A DNA stretch of 64,000 bases from a virus (Duplodnaviria > Caudoviricetes), in the IMG/VR virus record IMGVR_UViG_3300037070_001217, positions 140 through 64,139 of that record; one strand, 5' to 3'. Positions 46,921 through 57,214 of the stretch are shown piece after piece. Both the position numbers and the translations under genes were made by a program. Below the pieces are notes generated by a model, which saw nothing but the letters and a program-made list of their open reading frames with translations, made no database searches and had not been told where the DNA came from. How positions within the stretch are numbered: the first letter of the stretch is position 1; each line of letters starts with the position of its first letter.

Positions 46921-47352
46921 ATGCCAGCCCTGCCAAACCCAAAACACGAAGCCTTCTGCCAAGCCCGAGCCTTGGGCAAAACGTGGGCGCAGGCCTATGT
47001 CGACGCTGGCTACAAGCCTGATGACGGTGCGGCCTCACGCCTGTCAGGGAATGTCAGGATTCAGGTTCGCCTCATGGAATTGCAGGAGGTCCGAGCCGAA
47101 AGACATGAGGTCACCGTCGACTCGATGGCCGCCCAACTCGATGCCGATCGGGCCTTTGCATACCAGTGCAAGAACCCGGCTGCGGCTGTCTCGGCCACAC
47201 TCGCCAAGGCCAAGCTTTTCGGCTTGCTGACCGATCGAAGCGTGGTTAACGTAACACACAACTACGCCGCCATGACTGAGGAGGAACTCCGATTCGAGAT
47301 CGCCGCAATCCACGCAGAGGCGCGCGCATTGAAGGCAGGCGTGCAGCACTAG
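46921..47352 (+). CDS. terS: Terminase small subunit
   Basis: L.NPKHEAFCQ..G..QAYVDAGY..ASRL..I..RL.ELQ..AKAKLFGL. Confidence 0.85.
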   Translation: MPALPNPKHEAFCQARALGKTWAQAYVDAGYKPDDGAASRLSGNVRIQVRLMELQEVRAERHEVTVDSMAAQLDADRAFAYQCKNPAAAVSATLAKAKLFGLLTDRSVVNVTHNYAAMTEEELRFEIAAIHAEARALKAGVQH

Positions 47353-47366
47353 AAGCTCCGCTCGTC

Positions 47367-47833
47367 ATGCCAGCCTACGAGGTCGAGTTCGAGGAAAAGC
47401 CCGGCGACATGGCGCTGTTCGTCAGCGACGGCGTGCCGGTCATCCGCGCCCCACAGCATGAGGATGGCCCGGTGCCGGAAGACTTTCTCGTCCTGCTCGG
47501 CGTGGCCACCGCCTTCAACGACGATCGCTTCCGTGCCATGATGCTGGGCATCTGCCGGGACGCGCACGACAACGGCTACCTCACCGGCATCATCCACGGC
47601 CCCGACGAGGGACGGCCCAACTAGGAGGCACCATGCCAGAGCCGACCGATCCACCCATGCTGCCACCTGCGCCTCCCCCTCCCCCTGTCACGGTCCCGCT
47701 CGTCTCGCATGAGGAACTGCAGCAGCAGGTCGCGGCCGACATGGCCGCTGTGCAGGCCGAGATCGACGCCTATGAGCCGCCGCCGCCACCAATGCCGGTC
47801 GAGCCGCCCGATCCCGTGCCTCCCATGCCATGA
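47367..47833 (+). CDS. Two small genes between terS and terL (47367-47624, 47633-47833)
   Basis: Tiled ORFs; AGGAGG RBS for the second. Confidence 0.55.
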
Positions 47834-47874
47834 GGCCGGATTGAGGGGAAACATCCCGGGATGTTCCCTGCCAG

Positions 47875-48669
47875 ATGAGCGATGTCGACGTCATCGAACT
47901 TGACTTGCTGCACCGCCTGCCGCTGCCGACGCAGGCGCGCTATGCGGCGCTCACACAGACGCTGGTCGAGAAGCTTAAGCAGCGCCTGTTCTTCGACCTA
48001 TTCCCCGACGCGGATCGCTTGGGCGATGACGGTGCCGTACTCATCTATGCCCGCAGTCGTTATCCTAAACATCTCGAGTTCTTTGGAGCCGGGTCGCAGT
48101 ATCGGGAGCGATGTTTTCTCGCAGCCAATCGAGTCGGGAAAACCACATGCGGCTCCTTCGAGCTTACGGCTCACCTCACGGGTTTATATCCTGCGTGGTG
48201 GAGCGGTAAGCGCTTTGCTCACCCTGTGCGGGCTTGGGCCTGCGGCCGACGCAACGAAACCACCCGCGACATCGTCCAAGCCTCCCTGCTCGGCCCCGTG
48301 GCTTACGACGGCCTACGCAAGACACTGCAGGGCACCGGCATGGTCCCCGGCAACCTGATCGGCAGGGTGACGTGGAAGCGCGGCGTTGACGACCTCACCG
48401 ACACGGTGAGGATCAGGCACGCCAGCGGCGGCTGGAGCACATTAGGATTTAAAAGCTATGAACAAGGACGCGGTTCCTTTGAAGGTACTTCGCAGCATGT
48501 AGTATGGTTAGACGAAGAATGTCCCATAGACATCTATGGGGAGTGTCTCATTAGACTGATGACAACGGGTGGCATCATCCTTTTAACCTTCACGCCGCTC
48601 ACCGGGCTCTCCGAAACAGTCATGCAGTTCCAGCTAGCGGGCGATCGGGCGCGGCTCGGCCAGTACTAG
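47875..48669 (+). CDS. terL: Terminase large subunit, N-terminal (ATPase) fragment, P22 gp2-like
   Basis: Walker A AANRVGKT, HLTGLYP.WW.GKRF, FKSYEQGR, Walker B VVWLDEE, coupling motif LTFTPLTG; stops about 20 aa later. Confidence 0.92.
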   Translation: MSDVDVIELDLLHRLPLPTQARYAALTQTLVEKLKQRLFFDLFPDADRLGDDGAVLIYARSRYPKHLEFFGAGSQYRERCFLAANRVGKTTCGSFELTAHLTGLYPAWWSGKRFAHPVRAWACGRRNETTRDIVQASLLGPVAYDGLRKTLQGTGMVPGNLIGRVTWKRGVDDLTDTVRIRHASGGWSTLGFKSYEQGRGSFEGTSQHVVWLDEECPIDIYGECLIRLMTTGGIILLTFTPLTGLSETVMQFQLAGDRARLGQY

Positions 48670-48701
48670 ACACCAGCTTGTTCTGTGGTACGCTGATGGA
48701 A
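48667..48701 (+). promoter_or_regulatory. Candidate promoter for a leaderless HNH transcript
   Basis: TAGACA-16-TACGCT with TG extended -10; ATG begins at the 7th nt after the -10. Confidence 0.45.
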
Positions 48702-49204
48702 TGGAATGGCGCATCTGCCCACGGTTCCCAGAGTACGAAGTGAGCGAGTACGGTCAGCTTCGACGCTGCGTGCAAGCGAAGGGTGGCGTTGTTGGTCGCC
48801 TGCTTAAGGGGCATGTGCGACCAGACGGCTACCTGATGTACATCGTTCGCCGCGATGGCCGGTCGTGGTATCCGCGAGCCCACCAGCTTGTGCTTGAGGC
48901 GTTCGTCGGTCCCAAGCCCTTTCCCAAGGCGGAAGCGCGGCACAAGGATGGCAAGCGTGTTCTCGACCACTACAGCAACCTCGAATGGGGATCGAGCGCC
49001 GACAACAAGGCCGACATGGTGAGGCATGGCACGCGCATAAGCGGCGAGAAGCACCACCGCGCCAAGCTGACGGCGGCTGATGTCAAGGCGATCCGCAAGG
49101 CTGCGGCGGCAGGTGAAGTGCATCGAGTGATTGGTGAGCGGTATGGTGTCCAGCAACCGGCTGTCTCACGCATCGTGCGCGGTGAGCGATGGGGGCACAT
49201 GTAG
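48701..49204 (+). CDS. NUMOD4-HNH homing endonuclease with C-terminal HTH
   Basis: EWR..YEVS..G, H.LV.EAF.G..RHKDG..NLEW..N..D, GE.H..AKLT..V..IR. Confidence 0.9.
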   Translation: MEWRICPRFPEYEVSEYGQLRRCVQAKGGVVGRLLKGHVRPDGYLMYIVRRDGRSWYPRAHQLVLEAFVGPKPFPKAEARHKDGKRVLDHYSNLEWGSSADNKADMVRHGTRISGEKHHRAKLTAADVKAIRKAAAAGEVHRVIGERYGVQQPAVSRIVRGERWGHM

Positions 49205-52010
49205 ATGATTGAACAGATTTTGGTCCCGGCCGAGTTCTGGGGGACGGTGTCGGTGGAGGAGTTCGCTGAGATCATCAAGAACGACGGTTGCTTGGACGCT
49301 GACCAGTGCGCTCGGCTGTGGGAGATGGCGAACTGGGAAGACCCGGTGCCGGATACGGTTCAGGTGATGGTGGAGCGGGAGCAGTTCGAGCAATGGCTCA
49401 CCGCTATCGGCCCCAAGCCCCAGCCCAGACGACGGGGGCGGGTGAGGCGATGAGCGCTGTCCCTGAACGCTTCTGCAAGAAGTGCCTTGGTTTTGGTTAC
49501 GTCGATAGCAAGGAACGTCACAGCGACGGCAGCGGGCATCCGGCGTGGGCCGTCCGGTGTTCCGAATGCCAGCCAGATAACCTTATGGAGACAGACGACA
49601 GGGGGAAGCCAGATGAGCGATGATGACGACGACCTGTTCAGCTATCACGCCCGATCAAGCGACCCGGACACCAGCCACGAAGCAGTGCCACACAACATCA
49701 GCCAACAGGCGTGGCGTGTACTGCACGCCTATCGCAGCGGGCTGGCACTGCTCGATGAGCACGCCTACGAGCTTGTCGGCATGGACGGCCACCAGCGTTG
49801 CAGTGACCTACGCCGCTGGAAGTTCATCGAGCGCTGCGGACGGGGTAGGACAGCCAAGGGCAAGGCAGGCTACCTGTGCAGGATCACGCCAGCGGGACAC
49901 GCCTTCCTCACGGCAGGGGGTGGAGAGCCGATCCCGATGGGGCCAGCGCCCAAGCCCGACGCCAACGAGGTCGCCTTCTCCTTCGACTACGCCTACGATG
50001 ACGATGAACACTGAGATAGACTGGCGCGATCGGCTGCTGCAGCGCCTGAACCGTCGCCTGCATCCGGGGCCACCAGTGGTCAATGCGGCCCGCGACGAGG
50101 AGATCGTGGCACGCAGCAAGGCGGGCGTTCCGCTCGAAGCGCTTGCCAAGGAGCACTACCTGACGCGGGTGCGGATATACCAGATATGCCGCAAGGCCTA
50201 CGTGAAGGAGCACGGGACACCGCCGCCGCGACGGCCGCCGCCGACGCTGGAGCGCAACACCGAGATTTACCGGCGCTTCGTGGCTGGTGAGCGCCCCGCC
50301 GATCTTGCTCGGGCATTCAAGTTGTCACGCGGCATGATCAGCATCATTGTCTGGAAGCGTGGGCGATATGAACAGGAGAGGAGAACGACATGAACGCAGT
50401 AGCAGACAACGTAAGGGCACGCCTCGCTCAGGTTCGGGCGGCAATAGACGAGGTCGTTAACGATCTTGAGATCGCTGGCGACGACCTGAAGGACCGGGTG
50501 GCGGCCAAGCTCAAGGACGTCCACTCGGAACTGGGCGAGGTGATCGAGGAGCTTGAGGCGGCAACCGAGGAAGAGGACGACGAGCCCGCCGAATGAGCGA
50601 ATACTCCTACCAGAACAGCTTGGTGATGGAGCACCTAATAGCGCGAGGCTCGATCACGCCTCGCACGGCGCTCGACCAATACGGCTGCTTCCGGCTGGCG
50701 GCGCGCATCTACGATCTGCGGCAGGCGGGGCACGACATCATCACCACCCGGATACGCAACAGCGAGGGCAACCCGTATGCTCAGTACGTGTTGCTCAAGC
50801 AGGCGCAGAGGGCGGCGTGAGGCGCGAATGGATCGCGGACCTCAATCCGGATGCGCTGTTCGCGGACGGCTACGACGCGGCTCTGATTGGGATAGCCGAG
50901 CGCTGCGGCCAGCCGACGCTGGCGGTGTACTCGGTCCCGGCCATGATCAACGTACTGGTCGAGCGTGATGGCATGAGCGAGGAGGAAGCGGCTGAGTTCA
51001 TTAGCTTCAACACGCTCGGCTGCTGGGCCGGTGAGAACACACCGCTGTTCTTCTGGCCGCTGAAGGATGACGATGCACCCGGGTAGCCTGTACGACGAGC
51101 GGGACGCCAAGATCGTGGCCAAGCGCAAGCGGGGCTTCACGTTGTCGGCGCTGGCCTCCGAGTTCGGCCTGTCGAAGTCACGCATCCGGCAGATCGAATA
51201 CCGGGCCAAGCTGGATATCGAGATCGCGGCGCTCGGCCTGACGCGGAAGGAATACCTGACGCTGATGCGCAAGCGCCGGGTAAGCGTTGGCAACTACGAG
51301 TTTGCGGTCGCCTTGCTTGCGTTTGCTGACCACAAGGCGAAGCGATGAGCCTGACGACTCGCGGCCTTGGCGGGTGGCTGCTCGCGTCGATCCTGTTCTG
51401 GCTGGTGCTTGGCTTTGTGGTGTGGGTGCTGTTCTGGTAGGCTGTTTGCGGGGCTCTCGATCGCGCCCTTCCCGTGGATGACTGCCTTCCGAGCCCCCCG
51501 CAAAGATGCAGCCACGGATGCGACCGGGAGCCCCACCGACTGGACAGGGACGACTGAAATGACGAAGCGCATCAAGGTTGCGCACCTGCCGGGCAATAAG
51601 GGCGCGGTGGTCAATCGCAAGGGCCGGATTACACTGGCGAAGGTGGGGAAGAAGCATCATGTCTGAGAGCGCACCGTCCGCGATCCCGACCGACTTCTTC
51701 ACGGAGGCCGGGTTCGTGAAGTCCTGCGGGATGAGTTCGCATCCGCGCCCCGGCGACACGGTGGTGATTGACGCCAAGATGTACAGGGTCAAGGAACTGT
51801 CATGGGACTTTGACAGCGGCGGCATGGCGCTGCTGGTGCGCATCAATGTCGAGTAAGGGTGGCGTCGACATCTCGGCGGTGCGAGGCAATACGGGCCTGA
51901 TCAAGGTGACGCTGGCTGGCCAGACCGACGACATCGCGATCACCTTCAAGATCACGGACGAAGAGGCGCGCAAGCTGGTCAAGGTGCTGGAAGGCCAGAT
52001 CAAGCGTTGA
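49205..52010 (+). CDS. Twelve small genes between the terL halves (starts 49205, 49450, 49613, 50004, 50390, 50593, 50817, 51073, 51345, 51559, 51659, 51846)
   Basis: Tiled, coupled ORFs. 50004-50393 and 51073-51348 carry sigma-region-4/Mor-like HTHs; 50593-50820 is winged-HTH-like (GSIT..FRLAARIYDLR..G..I). Confidence 0.65.
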
Positions 52011-52190
52011 GGAAAGGGCCGCTCATACCGGCCCGCAATCGCAGGAGCCTAGCGCCTGCGTGCTGCCGGTTCACCCCGGCACAAAGGGACGGCGGTGCGA
52101 CAAGGTTTCGGCCTTCCGGGCTAGGCTTCGATCGGGCCGCCGTCCTGCCAGAACAAAGCCGGATTTTTGATCAGTGGGGGGACTGATCAG
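52011..52190 (+). ncRNA. Candidate structured RNA (multi-hairpin, 3' CCA)
   Basis: Five adjacent stems in an ORF-free gap; one long stem is followed by GCCA. Confidence 0.3.
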
Positions 52191-52211
52191 TCGGAACAGG
52201 AGCAGAACGAA

Positions 52212-52610
52212 ATGCCAATGAAGTACGACCCGGACACCGGGATACCGCGCTATGTGCCTGATATTGGTGAGGAATTGGAGGAAGGCGTTACACCTGCCCC
52301 CACGGTTGTAACGTCAAAGTCCGACTTGTTCAAAGGCGACAAGCCGCTGACCAAGGAGATGTACGAGCGGCTGCGTGATGGGCCGACTGTCGCCAATTCC
52401 GAATCCTATACGGTTGGCGTGCCCACTGACGAAGCGGACAAGATGCTGTCCGACGCGATCAAGAGCGCCAAGCCAGCCAAGCTCGACAAGGACGTTGCCA
52501 CCGACGAGGAGGTGGACGTGCTCGAGAAGTTCGCCCGCGAGCACACGGTCAGGCACTGGCCCGAGCTACTGCGGCTGATCAATAGGTTGCGGCAGGCCGA
52601 GGCCAAATAG
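52212..52610 (+). CDS. Hypothetical protein
   Basis: AGGAG RBS before ATG 52212. Confidence 0.6.
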   Translation: MPMKYDPDTGIPRYVPDIGEELEEGVTPAPTVVTSKSDLFKGDKPLTKEMYERLRDGPTVANSESYTVGVPTDEADKMLSDAIKSAKPAKLDKDVATDEEVDVLEKFAREHTVRHWPELLRLINRLRQAEAK

Positions 52611-52617
52611 CCGCCTG

Positions 52618-52646
52618 TTGTGTTTTCCGGCCGCTTGGCGGATATT
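52618..52646 (+). promoter_or_regulatory. Candidate late promoter
   Basis: TTGTGT-17-GATATT upstream of the structural operon. Confidence 0.45.
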
Positions 52647-52676
52647 CTCGCGCCAACGGCCTTCGACACTACGTCC

Positions 52677-52705
52677 ATGCCCGCCCCTCACCCGGCGGGC
52701 ATTTT
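52677..52705 (+). terminator. Intrinsic terminator in the late leader
   Basis: ATGCCCGCC/GGCGGGCAT stem ending in a T run. Confidence 0.65.
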
Positions 52706-52718
52706 GCTTATCTGAGGG

Positions 52719-53030
52719 ATGCTGATGCCGCTGTTCATCACTGAATACCGCGACCTTGCGCGCGATATCGGCTCGAACTTCATCGCCGCTGGCATGGAGC
52801 CATCGATCGCTGAACAGGCGATGACGCTATCGGGCACGACGGCGCAGTCTGCCGTCTTCAATGCCCAGACCGCCTTCGTGATGGTGCATGCGCAGGAGGC
52901 GGCCTGTGTGGCATGGGGCACCAATCCAACTGCGACCACGGTCAAGCAGCGCATGGCGGCGGGTGAAACGCGCTATGTCGGGGTGCCGTCTGGCAGGAGC
53001 TTCCGGCTCGCTGCGATCTTAGGAGTTTGA
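52719..53030 (+). CDS. Small putative virion protein
   Basis: GAGGG RBS; beta-rich, with SAVFN..T.FV..C..WG.NPTA motif. Confidence 0.65.
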   Translation: MLMPLFITEYRDLARDIGSNFIAAGMEPSIAEQAMTLSGTTAQSAVFNAQTAFVMVHAQEAACVAWGTNPTATTVKQRMAAGETRYVGVPSGRSFRLAAILGV

Positions 53031-53033
53031 GCC

Positions 53034-53585
53034 ATGATGAGCGGTTCTCGCGGGGCGGCCGGTCCCGATCCTTTCACCAGCCTGCTTGGCATTGTCGGTG
53101 ATCCGAAGGGTACGAAGGAACGCATCGAGCAGTTGCAGAAGGCGACGGCAGCGAACGAGGAATCGCTGGAGGCGCTGGCCATCAAGCGGGCGGAACTCGA
53201 TGCGCTGGCGATCAAGCTGGACAACCGCGAGGCCGACATCGAGAAGGCGCAGGGCAAGGTGGACGACCAGATCGCGGCGCTTGATGCGCGGGAGAGGGTG
53301 GTCGCCCGCAACGAGCAGGATCAGGGCGACATCGTGCGCAAGCTTGCGGCCGATCGGAGCGATGCGGCCAAGACGCTTGCCGACAGTCAGGCGACGGCGA
53401 GCGAACTGCATAAGGCGCTGGCGGCGCGCGAGGCGGAATTGAACGCGCGGGCTGCCGACCTCGAGACGAAGGCCCATGCGCTGGAGTCGGAGCGCGCCAA
53501 GATTGCGGAGTATGAGGCCGACGTGACCAAGCGTGCGGCCGATCTCGACAAGCGGATAGCAGCGATGCGGGAACTGGTTGGCTGA
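53034..53585 (+). CDS. Coiled-coil protein
   Basis: AGGAG RBS; heptad-rich A/E/L/R sequence. Confidence 0.7.
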   Translation: MMSGSRGAAGPDPFTSLLGIVGDPKGTKERIEQLQKATAANEESLEALAIKRAELDALAIKLDNREADIEKAQGKVDDQIAALDARERVVARNEQDQGDIVRKLAADRSDAAKTLADSQATASELHKALAAREAELNARAADLETKAHALESERAKIAEYEADVTKRAADLDKRIAAMRELVG

Positions 53586-53821
53586 TGGGGGATGGCAGCG
53601 CCGGTCTGGCCGTAGGCACCGTCAAGGTAGTCACCACCAGCAATGGCGGGCGGCCACCTGAGTTCTTCGCGGAACGCATCATGGATCGGCTGATGTACGT
53701 CAGCGACAACATCCCAGAGCCGCTCAAGGATCAGGTGCTGTCGTATCAGGTTCAGATGCACCAGATCATTCTTGCGGGGATCAAGGCAGCGATCGAGAGC
53801 GATCGCATCTACCGCAAATAG
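53585..53821 (+). CDS. Conserved small phage protein
   Basis: V.TT.N.G.PPE..AER..VSD..DQ..AI.SDR motif. Confidence 0.7.
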   Translation: MGDGSAGLAVGTVKVVTTSNGGRPPEFFAERIMDRLMYVSDNIPEPLKDQVLSYQVQMHQIILAGIKAAIESDRIYRK

Positions 53822-53834
53822 GAAGGACTTCAGG

Positions 53835-54284
53835 ATGGCTCCGACTCAAGCGATATGCACGACGTTCAAGCAGGAATTGATGACGGGCCTGCACAACTTC
53901 ACGATCAGCACGGGCCACGCCTTCAAGATCGCACTGGTGACGAGCGCCAGCACGATCTCGGGTGCGACGGACCACTACAGCGGCGGCACCAACAACATCA
54001 GTTCCGAGGTGGCGAACGGCGGTGGCTACACGACAGGCGGCACGGCGCTGACCAACGTGACGCCCACGGTGTCGAGCACGACGGCGCTGACCGATTTCAG
54101 CCCTGACCCGGTGTGGACGACGTCAACGATCACGGCCAGAGGCGCGCTGATCTACAACACGACGAGCACCAACCGCTCGGTGCTTGTGCTGGATTTCACC
54201 AGCGACAAAAGCTCGAGCGCAGGTGATTTCACTGTGGTCTTCCCGGCTGCGGATGCGTCCAACGCGATCATCCGAATTGTCTGA
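53835..54284 (+). CDS. Conserved phage structural protein (MAxTQAxCTxFKQEL family)
   Basis: FKIAL..EV..GYT.GG..TITARGALIYN..VLDF..DKSS..G.FT..FP.ADA.NAIIRI. Confidence 0.75.
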   Translation: MAPTQAICTTFKQELMTGLHNFTISTGHAFKIALVTSASTISGATDHYSGGTNNISSEVANGGGYTTGGTALTNVTPTVSSTTALTDFSPDPVWTTSTITARGALIYNTTSTNRSVLVLDFTSDKSSSAGDFTVVFPAADASNAIIRIV

Positions 54285-54357
54285 TTGGTCATGATGTGCC
54301 GATCGATGAAGGGGCTCATGGCATAAGGCTCCCCGTCAGCGAGAGGGCGGGCGAGCC

Positions 54358-57198
54358 GTGAGCACGGCACCCGTAGTCCTCGTCGCCGGAACCGGCGCGG
54401 CTGCGGCCACGCACACCACGGCATCGTTCTCGCCAGCGGCCGACCGGCGGCTGGTAGCATACATCGCGTCGTTCAAGGCGACGGTGGGTGTAGCTACGCC
54501 CACGATATCTGACACTGGCGGCCTCACATGGACGCTGCTGGCCAGCTACGTGATGTCGACGTTCAGCAATCCCGACACACGCGGCGATTGGTACATTTCA
54601 TCTGACACGGGCGGCGGCACGCCAGCCGCGAGGACCGTCACGGTCACCTCGACCGGAGCCGCCTCGATCGGCGTTATGGTCGCGTCGGTCCTGACGTCGG
54701 ACGTGTCGGGGTCGATCGTCCAGTTTGCGACTGGGGAAGACCTCAGCGCGGGCGATCCGCAGATAACGTTCGGCTCTGCTCCGGGCGCGACGAACATCGT
54801 GCTGCTCGGTACGTCGCATGTCGGTGGCAGCACGGTCACTGGCCCGACTGGCTACACGTCGCTCTGCAACTCCGTCCACTCTGCCTCGCGCAAAATTGCG
54901 TGTGCGTATGACATCACGTCGGCAAGTCAAAGCCCGCAGTACACGTCGCTCAACGCCCGCGTGATCATGCTCGGCATCGAGCTAGCGCCGCCATCCGCTG
55001 GCGCTGTCAACGTCAACGCGACGACAAATAGCGCCACCATCACCTGCGGCGACGTCACGGTCACCGCGAACCAGACCGTCAGCGTCGATGCCGCGACCAA
55101 TCTGGCAACGGTTAGCGTCGGGGATGTCACCGTCACTGCCGGGGCTGGGGCGGTCAACGTCAGTGTCGACGCCACCGGCAACAGCGTCACGGCCACGCTT
55201 GGCGATGAATCGATAGTCGGCAAAGCAAATACCGATGCGGCCACTAACCTCGCCACTGTCAGCGCCGGGGATGTGACGGTCACCGGCAAGGCCAGCGTCG
55301 ACGCCACTGGCAATCAAGCGACGATCAGTGTCGGCAACGTCACGGTCAGCACCGTCTCTGCCGTCAACGTCAGCGTCAACGCGACGGGCAATTCGCTGGC
55401 GATCGGCACCCAGACTGCGACGGTTGTCGGCAAGGCCAGCGTCAGCGCCACGACGAATCTGCTGACGGTGACAGCCGGTAGCGTTTCGTTCCCGGTCCCG
55501 GTCAGCGTCAATGTGACGGGTGAGTTCCTTGGCGTTGGGCAGGGCACGGTCACGGTCACGGCGGGCGGCGCGCTTACTGGCAATGCCGCCACCATTTCAG
55601 TCGGCACCGCGACCGTCACTGCGGTGACCACCGTCACCGTCTCTGCCATGACGGCGCTCACCGCCAGCAGCGGTCGCGGCACGGTCAGGCTTGTCTTTGG
55701 CAATCCGCTCGGTCCAACGCTGGTGGCGAATCTTGCCTCGATCACCAACCCGTTCGTGGCTGTGAATGTCGCGGTGGACGTGCAGGCTGGTGACCTGATC
55801 TACGCCGTCCTGTCGGAGCAGACCAACATCACCGTGACGGCGATGTCGGACAATCTCGGCAACACCTACACGGCGCTGAGTGCGGGATCGGATTGCGGGG
55901 CATCTACCAGTCGGGCGTTCTATGCGCCGGTCACTGTTGCCGGGATGCTGACGCAGGTATCGGCCGCCTGCACGTCGAGCGGCGACAATGCCGTCATGCT
56001 GGCGCAGGCCTTCCAAGGGCCGTTCACGACGCCGTCGCTCGATGCCAATCCCGGCAATGCTGTCAACGCCGACATCGTGTCGCCCTATGTCGGTCCATCG
56101 ACCGGCACGCTGACACAAGCCGACGAACTGCTGGTCGCATGGCTAACTCGGCCCGACAGCACCGGCATAGTCCCTGTCGCGCCGCTGCTTGTGCTTGCGC
56201 AATTCAACTCCGGAACGGTCATTCGCACCGCCCTGTCCTATCGGGTGCTGGCCTCGACCAGCAGTGTTGCGCCGTCGTGGACGTCCGCCACCGATCCGAC
56301 CCAGACCATAATGGGGGCGACCAGCTTCAAGAAGAGCACGGGCGGCGGCCTCAACGTCAACGTCGATGCAACGGGCAGCAGCGTCACGGCGAGCGTCGGC
56401 ACGGCTACGGTCACGGCGGTCCAGAACGTCACTACGAATGCTGCGACCAATCTGGCCACGGTGAGCGCGGGCACGGTGACGATCGTCGGCAAGGCGCGGG
56501 CCTTGGCCGATACCAACCTGCTGACGACCGCAATCGGTGACGAAACGGTCACCGGCACGGCCAATGTCACGACGGCCAGCACTGGGCTGACGATCTCGCT
56601 CGGCAACGTCACGGTTGGCGAGGTCACTGGCGTTTCGGTCGACATCGTCGCCAGCCCTGCTCTTGCGATAAGTGCAGGCACGGTCAGCGTCACGCAAGGT
56701 TTTGGCGTTTCCGTCTCGACGTCGATGACGTTCAGCCTGATTTCGATCGGCAACGAGACGGTGCAGTACGGCGCGGGCGCATCTCCCGCCGCCATGCCTG
56801 AGCTGACGATGCCGGTTGCGGGCACGCTCGCGGTCAACACCAAGGTCAACTACACGGTCTTCAACGTCCCGCAGATGACGATCGCGGCGGGCATGGTGAC
56901 GGTTGTCGGCACGGCCAACACGACGATCGCGGCCGTCCCCGGCATGACGATCAGCGGCGGCGACGAGACGATCGGGCTCGGTGTGCAGGTCACTGTGACG
57001 GCCATGCCAGCGCTGGTCGCATCGACCGCTTTGGCTGACGGTGTGACGATAACCGGCAGCGCGAGTATCATGGTGACCGGCAACCAGATGAATTTGCAGT
57101 TGGGGAATGTGTTTGTTTCGATAAGTGGAGGTGGAGTGGTGGCCGAAACGCGCGGCGAGGGGCAGATGCTTGTCATGTCGCGGCTGATGGGCAATTAG
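54358..57198 (+). CDS. Large repeat-rich fibre/appendage protein
   Basis: 946 aa with V/T/A-rich ~22-aa repeats (V.ATGN..T.S.G.VTV) flanking two globular beta domains. Confidence 0.75.
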   Translation: MSTAPVVLVAGTGAAAATHTTASFSPAADRRLVAYIASFKATVGVATPTISDTGGLTWTLLASYVMSTFSNPDTRGDWYISSDTGGGTPAARTVTVTSTGAASIGVMVASVLTSDVSGSIVQFATGEDLSAGDPQITFGSAPGATNIVLLGTSHVGGSTVTGPTGYTSLCNSVHSASRKIACAYDITSASQSPQYTSLNARVIMLGIELAPPSAGAVNVNATTNSATITCGDVTVTANQTVSVDAATNLATVSVGDVTVTAGAGAVNVSVDATGNSVTATLGDESIVGKANTDAATNLATVSAGDVTVTGKASVDATGNQATISVGNVTVSTVSAVNVSVNATGNSLAIGTQTATVVGKASVSATTNLLTVTAGSVSFPVPVSVNVTGEFLGVGQGTVTVTAGGALTGNAATISVGTATVTAVTTVTVSAMTALTASSGRGTVRLVFGNPLGPTLVANLASITNPFVAVNVAVDVQAGDLIYAVLSEQTNITVTAMSDNLGNTYTALSAGSDCGASTSRAFYAPVTVAGMLTQVSAACTSSGDNAVMLAQAFQGPFTTPSLDANPGNAVNADIVSPYVGPSTGTLTQADELLVAWLTRPDSTGIVPVAPLLVLAQFNSGTVIRTALSYRVLASTSSVAPSWTSATDPTQTIMGATSFKKSTGGGLNVNVDATGSSVTASVGTATVTAVQNVTTNAATNLATVSAGTVTIVGKARALADTNLLTTAIGDETVTGTANVTTASTGLTISLGNVTVGEVTGVSVDIVASPALAISAGTVSVTQGFGVSVSTSMTFSLISIGNETVQYGAGASPAAMPELTMPVAGTLAVNTKVNYTVFNVPQMTIAAGMVTVVGTANTTIAAVPGMTISGGDETIGLGVQVTVTAMPALVASTALADGVTITGSASIMVTGNQMNLQLGNVFVSISGGGVVAETRGEGQMLVMSRLMGN

Positions 57199-57214
57199 CG
57201 AAGGGAACTGTACT

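Noticed and set aside
52016-52150. Canonical tRNA-Met gene
   Set aside because: The anticodon-like and T-like hairpins are not enclosed by an acceptor stem, there is no D arm and the T loop is 6 nt; kept only as an ncRNA candidate
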